Source: the human T2T-CHM13v2.0 reference genome, Homo sapiens. Taken from it: DNA of 64,000 nucleotides. The stretch lies in the NCBI RefSeq assembly GCF_009914755.1, contig NC_060935.1. One strand, written 5' to 3'. Both the position numbers and the translations under genes were made by a program. This document shows positions 13,584-30,261 of the stretch, one piece after another. The notes beneath the pieces are model-generated. The model worked only from the letters and a program-made list of their open reading frames with translations, ran no database searches and had not been told where the DNA came from. Positions within the stretch are counted from its first letter, which is position 1; each line of letters opens with the position of its first letter.

Positions 13584-14031
13584 GTAAGTGCTGCGCACTT
13601 GAACACTGTGATCCCTTGTTCTTTCCCGCCAGCCAGACTTGTCCACATTGGTCACCCTCATCATGTGCTTCTTATACCTAGAGGCTCAGGCATTCTCTTC
13701 TGTTACCCAGATTCTGTTCTTCCCTACTTCTTGTGTAAATCTGTAAATGTTCAGCCACCATTTATCAGGGGCTCTACCAAGTGCACTGAGCCTGAGGCTT
13801 GCTGTATTTTCAGTTCTGACAATAGCTCTGCAAATGCAGATGTATTATCCTTAGTTAACAGATAAGAAATTTCAAGTTAGAGAAGTACATTAACTCATCC
13901 AGGGTCACATAGCTCATAAGAAGCAGAGCCATTTCTAGGTTCATTCAGACCCTCATCTGACTGATACAACACTTAATGTTTATGTGTTTGCTTACTTTTT
14001 TCTTACTTTGAATTCTTTTATTAAAAAAGTT

Positions 14032-14332
<301 letters not shown>

Positions 14333-14814
14333 TTAGTTGTATGCATACTATAAAAATTTATTCTTGAGAAAACAGTTCAAGTAGCATAGATGAAGTTAAT
14401 GTCCTTCTTGACTGTGACCACCCTGATTTGTTTTACCTGCTGTATAATATTCCCCTGGTATCAGTGTGCATGCACACACATACTCATGTTCACTCCCTCT
14501 TTCCTTGCAGCTTAGCAGTCTTGCTGTTGGGTTTAACTACTCCTTGCCTTGGATACATGCAGATCCTTCCTTTTAGCATCCTGCTGTCCACAATGACTTT
14601 GCGTACAGCAGCCTCAGTGACCTTCAAGCCTCTCTTCTTCGCCTTTAATACTGGCCCAGCTCGCCCATCAGGTTGCTTCATACCTGCCACTGGTCACTCT
14701 GGTCACTGTTTCTTCTTCTTTCCCCATTCCTCAAAATGTTTAGACTACTTGAGCCTTCATAATTATCATTGGCTCTGAACAAACTTACGCGTTTATTTTC
14801 TGTGCATATATATA

Positions 14815-15145
14815 TAAAAGACTTTATGTTTTAGAGGGGTTTGAGGTTCACAGCAAAACTGAGAGGAAGGTACAGAGATTTTCCAAATCCTCTGCCCCAA
14901 CACATACACAGCTTCTCCCATTATCAATATCCTCGGCCAGTGTGATACAATCGTTACGATCAAACCTGTGTTAACACATCAAGTCCATAATTTACATTAG
15001 GGTTCACTCTGGTGTTGAACATTCTATGGATCTTGATAAGTATATCATGACACATAGCCACCATTATAGTATCATACGGAATAGTTTCACTGCCCTAAAC
15101 ATTTTCTGTGCTTGTCCTATTCATCCCTTTTTGTACCCCCACCAC
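14815..15145 (-). mobile_element. L1M (MC/MD-like) 3' end fragment
   Basis: aggttcacagcaaaactgagaggaaggtacagagat...gttcactctggtgttgaacattctatgg. Confidence 0.7.
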
Positions 15146-15537
15146 ATATTTTAATAAATATTTTTCTTCTCATTATTGTAAAGAACTTGGAAAATATAAA
15201 CAAGTATAAAGAAGAAAGCAAAACTGCCCATATCCCGTAAGTTAGAATGAGACACTATTCATATTTATCCCATTGTTGGAGATACTAGATTGCTGGAGAA
15301 TTAGATGAAATAATAACCGAAAAGTAGTCAGTATAATGGCTGGCACAGAGTAATTGATTTTTTAAAATAGTGGTTTAAAACAAAACTGTAAGAGAAGACC
15401 ATAGTTACTAGGATTTTGCCTTTGATTTTGGACTTACAATATACTTCTTTTGTATTTTAGTTAATCCTTTAGTAAGTGAGTATCAGCTTGATCTCTGCTT
15501 CCTGCTGTCCATGGGGATCTTATAATCTAAGGGAGAA

Positions 15538-15540
<3 letters not shown>

Positions 15541-15580
<40 letters not shown>
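15541..15580. repeat. (AC)20 microsatellite
   Basis: Perfect dinucleotide run. Confidence 0.98.
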
Positions 15581-15582
<2 letters not shown>

Positions 15583-15727
15583 CCCAGAATAATCCAATGG
15601 CAATAAAATGCAAGTATGACGCATTATAGTATAAGCATTCTAAATGATTATGTCATCCTATATATTCCCTGCCATAATTAAAGACCTTGTATGATTTAAA
15701 TGTTTGGACATTTGTCTTTAATTTTCT

Positions 15728-16032
<305 letters not shown>

Positions 16033-16137
16033 TAATTTTCTAAATGAGTAAATTATACCCATTCCAAACTATGCCAATGAGGATTAAGCCAGCATCTTCC
16101 TCTGACATAGCTACCATTTAAAAATAGTGGTTCTGAA

Positions 16138-16275
16138 GCCGGGCGAGGTGGGGCACCCGTCTTAACCCTAGCTACTCCAGAGTGTGAGGTGGGAGGATTA
16201 CTTAACCCCAGGAGTTCAAGGTCAGCCTGGGTAACATAGCAAGACCCCATCCCTATAAAAATAAATAAGTAAATA
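16138..16275 (+). mobile_element. Alu monomer (FLAM-like)
   Basis: Single Alu arm with an A-rich tail. Confidence 0.8.
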
Positions 16276-16299
16276 CAATTTTTTTTAATTAGAAAAAAT

Positions 16300-19360
<3,061 letters not shown>

Positions 19361-19516
19361 TTAAAGAAGTGGTTCTGTTTGGTGATGTCTTGACTTTAAC
19401 AAAAATAACTAGAGAGTTATATTTTTAAAGAACTTTGGTTTGCAGACATGTGTTTTCCAGGTTTAGCATTCATTTTGCACTCAGGAGTGAGGATAAGCAA
19501 AAACCCAGTATATATA

Positions 19517-19955
19517 ATTTTTTTTTTTCCCAAATAGGGTCTCACTCTCATTTTCTAGGCTGGAGTGCAGTAGTACGAACACAGCTCACTGCAGCCTTGA
19601 CTTCCCAGGCTCAGGTGATTCTTCTACCTCAGCTGCCCAAGAGTAGCTGGGACTTCAGGCGCACACTACCACACCAGGCTAAATTTTTTGTCGTATTTTT
19701 AGTAGTGTCGGAGTTTAACCCTGTTACCCAGGCTAGTGTCAAACTCCTAGCCTCAAGAAATCCACCCTGCTTGGCCTCCCAAAGTGCTGGGATTACAGGC
19801 ATGAGCCACTGCACCCAGCCAAATTTAAAAAAAAAAGGTAGAGATGGGGTTTTGCCATGTTGCCCAGACTGGTCTTGAACTCCTGAGCTCAAGCCAACTG
19901 CTTGCCTTGACCTCCCAAAGTACTGGAATTACAGGTGTGAGCCACCCCACCCAGC
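19517..19955 (-). mobile_element. AluJ dimer plus an extra left monomer
   Basis: Two consecutive left-arm 5' ends, at ~19820 and ~19955. Confidence 0.85.
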
Positions 19956-21204
19956 CCCCCAAAACCAGTATTTTCTTTTAGAGCTTCACAATGCTGAGAT
20001 TTTGCCCTTTGACTTTTTTTCCTTTCTGCTTTTTGCTGTTTGGCCTCTTTCTTCCGCTGTCCTCATACGTTCTTGGCTGGAGGTGAAACCCTGGGTTGGC
20101 TGGCAGCACGGCTCTCACCCCAGTCCTCATTCAGTAAGGATGAGGACTCCAGCCAAGAACTGAAACGGCAGGGTTTCTGGGGGACCACGATAGAAAATTG
20201 ATTCAAGCTGAAGATCTTCTGCTACAGCTTTTAGTGTAGTTGTGCCCAGAAAAACCACTGTGTCCTGGACTGTATCTCTCCACTGATGACAAATTCTTGC
20301 CTGAATTCTGAGTACCACTGAATCATTTAGCTAGTATGTCTGTGTTTTTGTGCACAGAGCTCCACACTGCTGGCATATTTCTGTAGCTCTATTCATGTCA
20401 ATCCAGATGAGAGTCCCCATTTCCTCTTCACCTCTCAGCCAATTCATCAGTTGTAGCCTCAGAAAGCTGTGTCTTTTATTGGGTGGACTAGCCGAGCTAA
20501 AAGTGTCAACAGGAGAATTTTTCCTCCCAGTACTCCAAAGCTGCATCGTCAAGGTCTCCTTAAAGACTCTCACATGACTGGTTTCCTTTGGAAATCTTTC
20601 TGGTTTGCCAAGGCTGGGCTGGGTCATCCTCCTGTGTGTTCTCAGACCATACAGGACTTTCTTCAAACAAATGTCACCTCATCAGAGAGGCCTTCCATGA
20701 CCACTCTATGAAAAATGACCCCTCTCCTCCCCAGTCTCACACTCTGTTTCTGTCCCCTGCTTCATCCTTCCCCACACTTACTGTCTTCCCTACTACATTG
20801 TGACAGCCATGAGGTGGTATTATAGTGTGGCTCACAGCTATATTTCCAGCGCCATGTATATTATCAGGCTCAGCCTTAGCAAGCGACAAACATATACTGA
20901 ATAAATGGTACTTCTCATGCTTTCTCGTAATGGCATATTGACTTGCCTGTATAGTATACAAACTTTCAGGGCAAGTGAACTGCTTGGCTGACAGTTACTG
21001 AGCACTTACCTTGTGTATGGCCTGTTTCTACATGCTTTACGTGGATGATCTCATTTTAGGTAGATAGTATTATTACCTCCTTTTTATAGATAAGGGAACA
21101 GAGACATAGAAAGGATAAATAACTTGCCCATACTCACACACTTAGTAAGTGGCATAGTTGAGGTATCAACCTAGGCGGTATAAATACAGAGCCTGAACTT
21201 TTAA

Positions 21205-21710
<506 letters not shown>

Positions 21711-23816
21711 TAATAATTATTATAATAAACATTTATTGAGCACCTGCTATGGCCCACATGCTATTTTCCATGCTTTGCTCATTTAATTTTTATAAAAGCT
21801 TATGACAGAGACATTATTTTTGTCCTCACTTTATAGATGAGGACATTGAGGCTTAGAGAAGTTGAATAATTTTTCCAACATCATATAGCTAGTGAAGTGG
21901 TAGGCTGAAATTTGAGCCCAGGTGGACTTCACACTTTCACTTCTAACCACTACAGCAAAATGTATGCTTGGAATTGTCAGCTGGGGCAGATCATAAGAAG
22001 TTGAGAATATAAAAGGTTATATTTTATACTCAGTGAGAAGCAGTTGATAATGAGCAGATGCAGGATGAGGAGAGGAAGAAGATCACATGATGGGAGACTG
22101 GGGAACTGGGAAATGGTGGCCCTTTCATAGCAGTAGGACCACAGGAAGAGGGAGAGGCTAGGAGCAGAAGGGAGAATGTCAGTTTCAGACATGCAGAGTT
22201 TGAGGTGAGAGGGTGTTCAGGCAGAGGAACCCATGAGGCAGTAGGAGAAAGATGTTTATTTCTGGGGGAAGGTTTAGGGAGCTATCCACAGAAAGGTGGT
22301 GGTTGAAGCAGTGATACTGGACTTGTTCCCCGGAAAAGGCAGGGTTGGGTGTTGGACAGGAGATAACCATGTCCAGGAAGCCTTTACCGACAAGGAAGAA
22401 ACAGACTACCATTAGCAATGACTGAGTTCTGCCAGTGGCCCCTTGCACTGACTCTAGAGGGGTTTTGAAAATTAAAATCCTCGAGTCCTTAGAGCCTGAG
22501 GAAAAGGGAAGCAAGACTGAAGTATTTTTGCCTCTTGCCTGCTTGCCCAGAGTGGCGGCCCTTTCCTCTCCTACAGACACAGAAGAAGTTCCATGTGCAG
22601 AATGCGGCTGTACATAGGCTACGTTCTGTCTTCGAGGGGGAAAGGCTGCTGAGGCTGGGGGACCTGGTAGCCTTGGGGCTGGGAGAGGCCCAGAGGACCT
22701 GTTGAGCAGACTTAGGAAGGAGGAACTGACAGGTGTCAATAGGCAAGCCAAGGTCAAGGCAGCGAGCATTTTCCAAGTCACAAAGGGTGCAGGGCTTGTT
22801 GTCGGGATGATTTGCAGGGAGACTGCTTCAGTGGGCTCTGGTTTCCTGGGGCCAGGCGCCCTCTATCCTCTAGAAGAGAAGTCTCAGTGCAGCCCCCTCT
22901 CCCTCAGTTGCCTGGTTTCCAGGGAAATTGGGGCTGGGAAGACAAGGACTGTGTGGAGGCTATGAGGTTGGGAAGTGAGTGGTGACCACCTCAGGATGGA
23001 GAAGCCGATGGGAATTGTGGGGGCTAATGACAAGGAGTTTCTCATTTATGTGTTTTTGTCAAGACCCTTTGAGGTAGGAGAGGAGCCGACTTCACAGACT
23101 TTAAATGAATTAAAGAGTACATTTCCTAAGTCCTACTGTAGACGGATTGCTTCATTTCCTGTCTTGAAGCAGGTCAGTTGCTTTTGGGAGACCGCAGTGG
23201 TCCCTCGGTCTTATCTTTTAGATGTGGTTGAAGTAAACCCTGCCAGTTTAATTAACCACTAAGCGGTTCCCTTCACTCCTGCCTCCCTCCCTCCCTCCCT
23301 CTGCCAGAGAGAGAGACAAGTTCTTTTTCCTGAGTGTTGTGGCTTGGGAAATAGAGCTTTAGAACCCTGTGTTTTTTTGGGTAATAATAACCAAGGAGCT
23401 TTTGAGCCTATGGTTCAGTTTTTGAAGTTAACTCTGCAGACAATTTTTTCCACCCCTAGTGAAATAAATATTGTAAAATAGAATGTTCCTCTCCCCAGTT
23501 AACTGAGTAACATAATACATTTCTCAGTGACTGGTAAGCCACAACGAGGACAAAGAAAACAAACATTTGGAGCACGTTAAATATGGCTAAAAGATAGTGA
23601 AACATAACATCCCAGAGGATGAAATGTTTCCTGGTCTGTTTATGATCTGTTCATTGAGCATTTACTATTTCCAGGGTCCTGGACCAGGCCCCATGGGACC
23701 ACAGAAACCCCTAAGACTTGTCTACCATAGTCCCAAATGCAATCATTCTGAAATCTGGCTGAGCCAAGTAAATAGCTGCAGAGGGTCTGGAAGAAATGTA
23801 GTGAAATCTGAGCTGT

Positions 23817-24373
23817 CTGGGGTCTTTGGAGAGATCTGCCACTCTGGTTAAGTACGTCTGCTTAATAACTGAATATTTATGCCTTTCAACACCAGCAACA
23901 GGAATCTATCTGAGATGTATCGAATCTTGGCTTTGTCAGCATGTACCTTTTTTGGTAGTAGCACAGGGTCATTCTTAGGAACATTAATTTTTAGACCAGG
24001 CTGTAATACAGGGTTGCCTTTGGCTCCTTTTTAGAACCTTCTAGTCTCTTTTTGAACTATTCTAGGCTGTTGTGCTTTTGGAATTCTTTTTAAAATATTT
24101 TTATCTTTATTTTTTAAATTTATGCATATATATGGGGTACAGGAGAAATTTTGTTACATACACATAATGCATGATGTGATCAAGTCAGGGTATTCAGCTG
24201 TCCATTACTCAAGTGCAGTACATTTTTGTTAAGTGTATTCACCCTACTCTGGTTTCCTTTTATCTCACTGTATGTTTGTATCCTTTAACCCACTTCTCTT
24301 CATCTCTTTATCTTCCTCCCTTCCCCCTGCTCACCCTTCCCAGTCTCTGTTATCTATTTTTCCACTCTCTACC
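23817..24373 (+). repeat. Left arm of a ~560-bp inverted duplication
   Basis: Reverse complement of 29362-29927. About 20 mismatches over the 268-bp unique part (hand count). Confidence 0.95.
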
Positions 24374-24393
24374 ACCGTGTGATCAAATTTTTA
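24087..24393 (-). mobile_element. 5'-truncated L1 (L1MA-like 3' end) with 13-bp TSD
   Basis: TSD gcttttggaattc at 24074-24086 and 24394-24406. T-rich tail followed by L1 3'-UTR-like sequence. Confidence 0.85.
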
Positions 24394-25338
24394 GCTTTTG
24401 GAATTCCTGAGGTTGCTTTTTAGAGCGTTTCTGTCCCCTTCTCTGGCTGTCAGCTTTTATTTCTTGCTGCCAGTTTGTCTGCAAGGCAGTAAGTGGCATC
24501 CCCCTCCCTTTTTATTTGCTTTGTCCTTGGGAGCTGGAATACAGAACTTGTTGGAATTTACGTAAATGGAGAAGCCATAGACCCTGAGAGAGCTGATGGC
24601 CTGAGGCCTTTTCCTTGAGGAAGCTCCTGGCACTTTCAAGGCATGAACATTGTGATGTATATTTTGATGGTTGGGAGGCATTTTTCTGTGGCTTGCTGCT
24701 ACGTTTGGGCTGTGTTCCTCTACCATCCTCTGCTTCTGTTTTTTCTGCCCTGCAAAGGATGGGGGAGATTACACTGTGTTTTATGAGGAGTCATTGACAA
24801 GGTGGAATGCTAGGTGTGGTTGTATACAAGGATATAGCTATGTCTCCTGAGCAACTATGCCCCTGAGTGTGAAAGATACTAAATATTAAGAGGTGTTTGT
24901 GGACCAGGGAGAGCTTTATGATGGGAGAGTAAAAGGGAAGGGAAGTGAGTGCTCACTGAAACATTTCTGCTAGACTAGACGTTCAAAAATGTTTAGCAAA
25001 GTTTCTCAAACATACTGAAAAGGAAAAGTAAAGTAAAATGAACACCTGCATTCCCAACATCCAGTTTCAAAAATGTATCATTGTGTTGCTGTATTTGCTT
25101 CAGAATTTTAAAATAATAAAATATTACCAAATATAATTAGAAATCTCAGCCATACGTCTTTGGGATCTTCTCTTTTCTCCAGAGGCATCCATTGCTCTGG
25201 ACTTGGGGTTGTTTATTCCCATTAAGGTTTTTTTTTTCTTTCTGTATATATCTTTTTAATCCTGCTATGATAAGTAGCATTCTCTTGCATGGGGTAACTT
25301 CATATTAACGTAATATAGTACAGTACATAGCCTACTAC

Positions 25339-25975
25339 TGACACAGGATTTTTCTGGGCCACTTTGCCAGTCAGGTACCTCCACAGGCAGTGACGCTCCC
25401 TGCCCCGCCCAGGCCTTACTGCACCCCAGGTCTGCTGCTGGAGGCACCCTGCCCATTCAGCCCACCTGTGTTATAGGTTGTACCCACGTTCAGTGGTTCC
25501 TGAGCTCTTGTCCCATGTCCAAGAAGAATGAGATATGCTGACAATTTGAAGGGTGAATGGGGGTAGAGAAGAATTTTATTGAGTGATAGAACAGCTCTCA
25601 GTGGAGAGGGGATGCAGGGGTGGTTTTCTCTCCCAGTGTGTCTGGGTCCAGGGCTTTTTATGGACTCAGAATGGGGAGTCCATGCTGATTGGTTTGTGAC
25701 TGTGCAAAAAAGGTTAAAGTTGAAGACACCACTCAAAGGTGGGCGTGACAATGTAGAAAACCAATTAGGAAAGGGTAGGTATATGTAAAATAGGTGATGG
25801 TGGGGATCCATCAGAGGAGAGTGCACCAAATAAGAAGACAGTTTCTCAATCCAGTCTGTGGATTTGACTTGTAGCTTGGCTTTCAGGCTTTAAACTGTCT
25901 TTGGCTTGGAGGTGGGGTTTCACCGGGGACTCGCCCCTGTCTGCCCAGGCATTTGTCTGCTTCCTGGCACCATCA
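25339..25975 (-). mobile_element. ERV1-type solo LTR related to the MER52-like element
   Basis: TG...CA termini with flanks CTAC/CTGC. Shares the gaagaatgag...tttattgagt.atagaacagctc block with ~9727-9800. Confidence 0.7.
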
Positions 25976-26084
25976 CTGCTTGCTTTCCTCCCTCACTATT
26001 GTATTTGTGGGATTTATCCATCTTGACACCAGTTCATTGATTTTTCACTACAACACAGCATCAGTTGATGCACTATGGCCCTGT

Positions 26085-26280
26085 TTTGCCTAGCACCAGT
26101 TTTTGTACATAAAATTGTATGCATACATAGTATGCCTTTCATTTACAAATTGTCTGTGGCTGCTTTGTGACACAATGGCAAGGTTGAGTCATTACAACAG
26201 AGACAAAAGACCAAACAGCTACCAAAACCTACAATATTTACTATCCGGCCCTTGATAGGAACAGTTAGCCAGCCCTGGCA
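26085..26280. mobile_element. MER58A-like DNA transposon
   Basis: tgtggctgctttgtgacacaatggcaaggttgagt...aatatttactatccggccct...agccctg. Confidence 0.7.
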
Positions 26281-26321
26281 TTGTAACAGTATAACACATG
26301 GTATCCATTCTTTATAAGTAA

Positions 26322-26636
<315 letters not shown>

Positions 26637-26710
26637 CATTTTAGTCATTTCTGATTTTTTAATTTTGCAAATAATGGCTTCAGTAAACATTTTTGTTTCT
26701 TCAAGAGTCT

Positions 26711-26998
26711 TGCAGTGGCTCACACTTGTAATTACAACACTTTGGGAGGCTGAGGTGGGAGGATTGCTTGAGGCCAGGATTTGAGACCACGCTGAGCTTC
26801 ATAGCAAGACCCCTGTCTCTACAAAACATTAAATAATTAGCTAGGCGTGGTGGTATATGCCTGTAGTCCTGGCTACTCAGGAGGCTGAGGTGGGAGGATT
26901 GCTTGAGCCCAGGAGTTGAAGGCTATGGTGAGGTATGATTACACCACTGCACTGCAGTCGGTGACTGAGACCCTGTTTCTTAAAAAGGAAGAAAAAAG
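26711..26998 (+). mobile_element. Alu (AluJ-type)
   Basis: Sense dimer flanked by an aagagtct repeat. Confidence 0.9.
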
Positions 26999-28484
26999 AG
27001 TCTCTCTAGAGAAGAGTATATAGCTGGAAGTGAAATTCCTGGGCCATGCCATGTGCACCATAGGCTTTACTATTCCTAAATGGGCCTCCTAGGTGGACGT
27101 ACCAATTTGCACCCCCACTTGTAACTTATGAGACTTCCTCTCCCTCCACATTCTTGCCAATGACCTGGTACTTTAAGACCTTGAGTGTGGCACGTCATCA
27201 CCAGTGACAGTATACATTATTTCACGGTTTTACTGACCATTTGCTGTTCCTCTTATGTCAATTGCCTGATTACATCCTTGGCCCTTTTTTTCTATTGAGT
27301 TATCTTTTCTTTTTGATTTTTGAGAGTTCTTTATATATTCTTGCTACTAGTCTTTTGGGTTATATGCATTAAAACCAATCTGTGACTTGCTTTTTAAACA
27401 TACATACACTTACTTGTAGACATACACACACATAAACACGTATGTGGCGTTTTTCCTTGGAAAGTTTGAGAGGTTGAAAGGGTCTAAGACTGAAGGAAAA
27501 GTAAGTAGATGACAGTAGTTTCAGCAAGGATGACTCTGCACAGCTTTCCCCATCAGGACGTTTACATAAGCTTATGAACGCCCCGTCTTGGAGCACTTAG
27601 AATGCCTTTCCCAGGCTGTCTGAGTGAGCAGGTGGTTACTGATGTTTTGGTTGCATAGATGTGACCCACAAGGTCCTAGAGAAGCTGAAGGCCACCACGG
27701 TGGGATGTTGATGGACACAAGGGTTTGGAGAGCTGCCTTGGACAAAAACCAGACGTGATTTGTGGTTTTGGATTTCTCCATCTCGGTTTTGGCTGAAGTC
27801 AGACCTCGGTTTCAGCTTGATCCAGTTGAGCCATTCTCTGGCCCACAGCGATGTCAATAATTAAAACTTCCATTTTCAGGCCAGACCACTTTTGTTTGAG
27901 TTTACATCATTGGTCCATCATCCTCAACACTGAAAGCACTGGTTTCCTCCATTTCCCCACCTCTCTGACCTTTCAAATCAAACTTTTGGAATTGAATAGT
28001 TAAAATAAAAAAGTCTTCAGTTCCTCAGCTTTAGATAGCGTTGTGAAGTTAACCAAGTCCTTGCAGCTGTGATCTCTGTGTGTTCACAACACCTCAGCGA
28101 AGCACAGGGAGTAGATTACAACTGCCATCTTGCCGTTGAGGACCACAGAGAGACGCTAGAGCTGGTGTGGCCCTGATCCTGTAGCAACATAGCAATCTTC
28201 TGTGCTGGGCCTGGCGTCTGTTCTGGTGCTGTACCCACCACATGAATATGGGTGCCAGCTCAGTTCATTCCCCGAGGTCTGGGATGACCCCTCTTCATCA
28301 TTACAGATGTTGCTCCTTGTGGGAGGGCCACACTCTGTAGGACCGAGATTCACATAATGAGGGGAATGAGTGTAACATTCCCTGAGCCTGTGCTACATGT
28401 CAGACTGGGCACTGTACATTTTCCCACGGATATCATTTGATGTGCAGATTAATGCCGTAAGTAGCAGTATCAGCTTTTTGGCCT

Positions 28485-28645
28485 GTGGCTGGCGTAGCCA
28501 TACAGGGCCAGTGCTTAGCTTAGAAGGGGACCATGCTTGGTTTTATGTTCTGCTCTTGCCATCTTGAGTTTTTAAAATAATTTTTGACAGCAGATCCCAC
28601 ATTTTCAGTAGGCACTGGACCTCACAAATCATGTAGAGGGTCCTG
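28485..28645. mobile_element. MER91-like DNA transposon inside a MIR
   Basis: tgctcttgccatcttgagtttttaaaataatttttgac...cccacattttca...cacaaatcatgtag. Confidence 0.5.
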
Positions 28646-29361
28646 TCCACAGATAAAGCAGCTGAGGCTCAGAGAGGTGAAGTAATTTGCCCAAGATTAA
28701 TAAGTGGCAGAGCTGGGATTGGAGTAATTTCTACTTGGCTGAACTAGTTATTGAAAACAGAGCCCTGGAATGAACCTTGTTTGAATCACACTGCAGGTAA
28801 ATTGTACTGTAGAAATACTAGTTTTCTGTGGAGATTTGCTGTTGTGTTGTTAAGTAGCTTTGTGCTGACCTTGTACTGGCCAGTTGTCACACTTCTTCTT
28901 AAGGGGACGGCCCAGATCTGTCATTTCTTTTGAGGTCTCAGAAAGTGCCTAGAATAGGAGCCTCATGGAGGAGCTGCTCAGAAAATGCTCACTGACCAAC
29001 TAGGTTCATGGGCTTTTTTGTTTGCAAAGAAGAAATCGAGGCTACTAAGTTTACCTTAGTGAGTCATAAAGAATAAGTGAGGAATTAAAAGGCTGATATA
29101 TAGTTAGGGAACTGGAAGTATCCTACACGGCTGTGGGATCAGATCATGTCATTACCTCCACAGTGGCAGAGAGGTGCGTCAATCCCTGCCTCAGCTACTC
29201 CTTCTGGCTTGGCTTTGCTCCATGTGTCCCTTATGCTACCAGCCATTCACTCTTGCCTCCTCCAGGATATGTCCATGAGGTTCAGGTTTTGCCCAGACCC
29301 CTCAGTGGCTGCTGGCCAGCCTTCGGGTTGACCATTTCGGGTGAGGCATTTAGCATGTCGG

Positions 29362-29927
29362 GGTGGAGAGTGGCAAAATAGATAACAGAGACCAGAGACT
29401 TGGAAGGGTGAGTAGGGGGAAGGGAGGAAGATAAAGAGATGAAGAGAAGTGGGTTAAAAGACACAAACATACAGTGAGATAAAAGGAAACCAGAGTAGGG
29501 TGAATATACTTAACAAAAATGTACTGCACTTGAGTAATGGACACCTGAATACCCTGACTTGATCACATCATGCATTATGTATATGTAGCAAAATTTCTCC
29601 TGTACCCCGTATATTTGCATAAATAAAAAAACAAAAATGGAAAAAAAAATTAAAAAGAATTCCAAAAGCACAGCAGCCTAGGATAGTTTAAAAAGAGACT
29701 AGAAAGTTCTAAAAAGGAGCCAAAGGCATCCCTGTATTATAGCCTGGTCTAAAAGTTAATGTTCCTAAGAATGACCCTGTGCTGTCACCAAAAAAGGTAA
29801 ATGTTGATGAACCCAAGATTTGATGCATCTCAGAGAGATTCCTGTTGCTGGTGTTGAAAGGCATCAATATTCAGTTATTAAGCAGACTTACTTAACCAGA
29901 GTGGCAGATCTCTCCAAAGACCCCCAG
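29362..29927 (-). repeat. Right arm of the inverted duplication (L1 3' end, A-tail, one TSD copy and ~260 bp of unique flank)
   Basis: Reverse complement of 23817-24373. Confidence 0.95.
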
Positions 29928-30126
29928 GAGGTTTTAGAATGAGGCAGAGTAAGTCTTGTGTCCAGGTTTGGCTGGCCAGCCTTACAGCATGGGCTTTGAG
30001 TCTGCCAGCTTAGAAGATAAGCTTACTGCTTCCTGAGCGGGACACACGCCAGGCTGGAAGAAGTTCCAGGGTCCCCAAGGGAACTTGCTGGCCTCCCTGG
30101 TAATGTGCTGTGTTTTCCCTCTGCAG

Positions 30127-30261
30127 CAGCAAACCCTCTGCTTTGCTCCACCGCCCGCTACCACTGCAAGAACGGCCTCTGTATTGACAAGAGCTTCATC
30201 TGCGATGGACAGAATAACTGTCAAGACAACAGTGATGAGGAAAGCTGTGAAAGTTCTCAAG
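30127..30261 (+). CDS. LDLRAD3: LDLRAD3 internal coding exon (probably exon 4), third LDL-receptor class A repeat
   Basis: Acceptor ttttccctctgcAG|CAGCAAAC and donor CAAG|GTAGGA. The exon is 135 bp, phase 1-1. It translates to (T)[44 protein letters not shown](E) and joins the previous exon in frame (TGC A|CA GCA AAC). Confidence 0.95.

Noticed and set aside
13388-13648. Antisense ORFs here and at 29982-30260 that resemble each other ([12 protein letters not shown] / [11 protein letters not shown])
   Set aside because: They are shadows of the homologous LDLa codons on the opposite strand.
22185-22781. 198-aa minus-strand ORF with a signal-peptide-like start
   Set aside because: It starts at a non-ATG codon, runs into L2-like sequence, and has no domain or splice support.
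24213-24410. Near-identical ORFs at 24213-24410 (+) and 29350-29544 (-)
   Set aside because: They are a by-product of the inverted duplication of an L1 3' end, not paralogous genes.
29362-29927. Canonical L1 3' transduction
   Set aside because: There is no poly(A) after the carried flank, and the donor L1 is a ~300-bp promoterless fragment.
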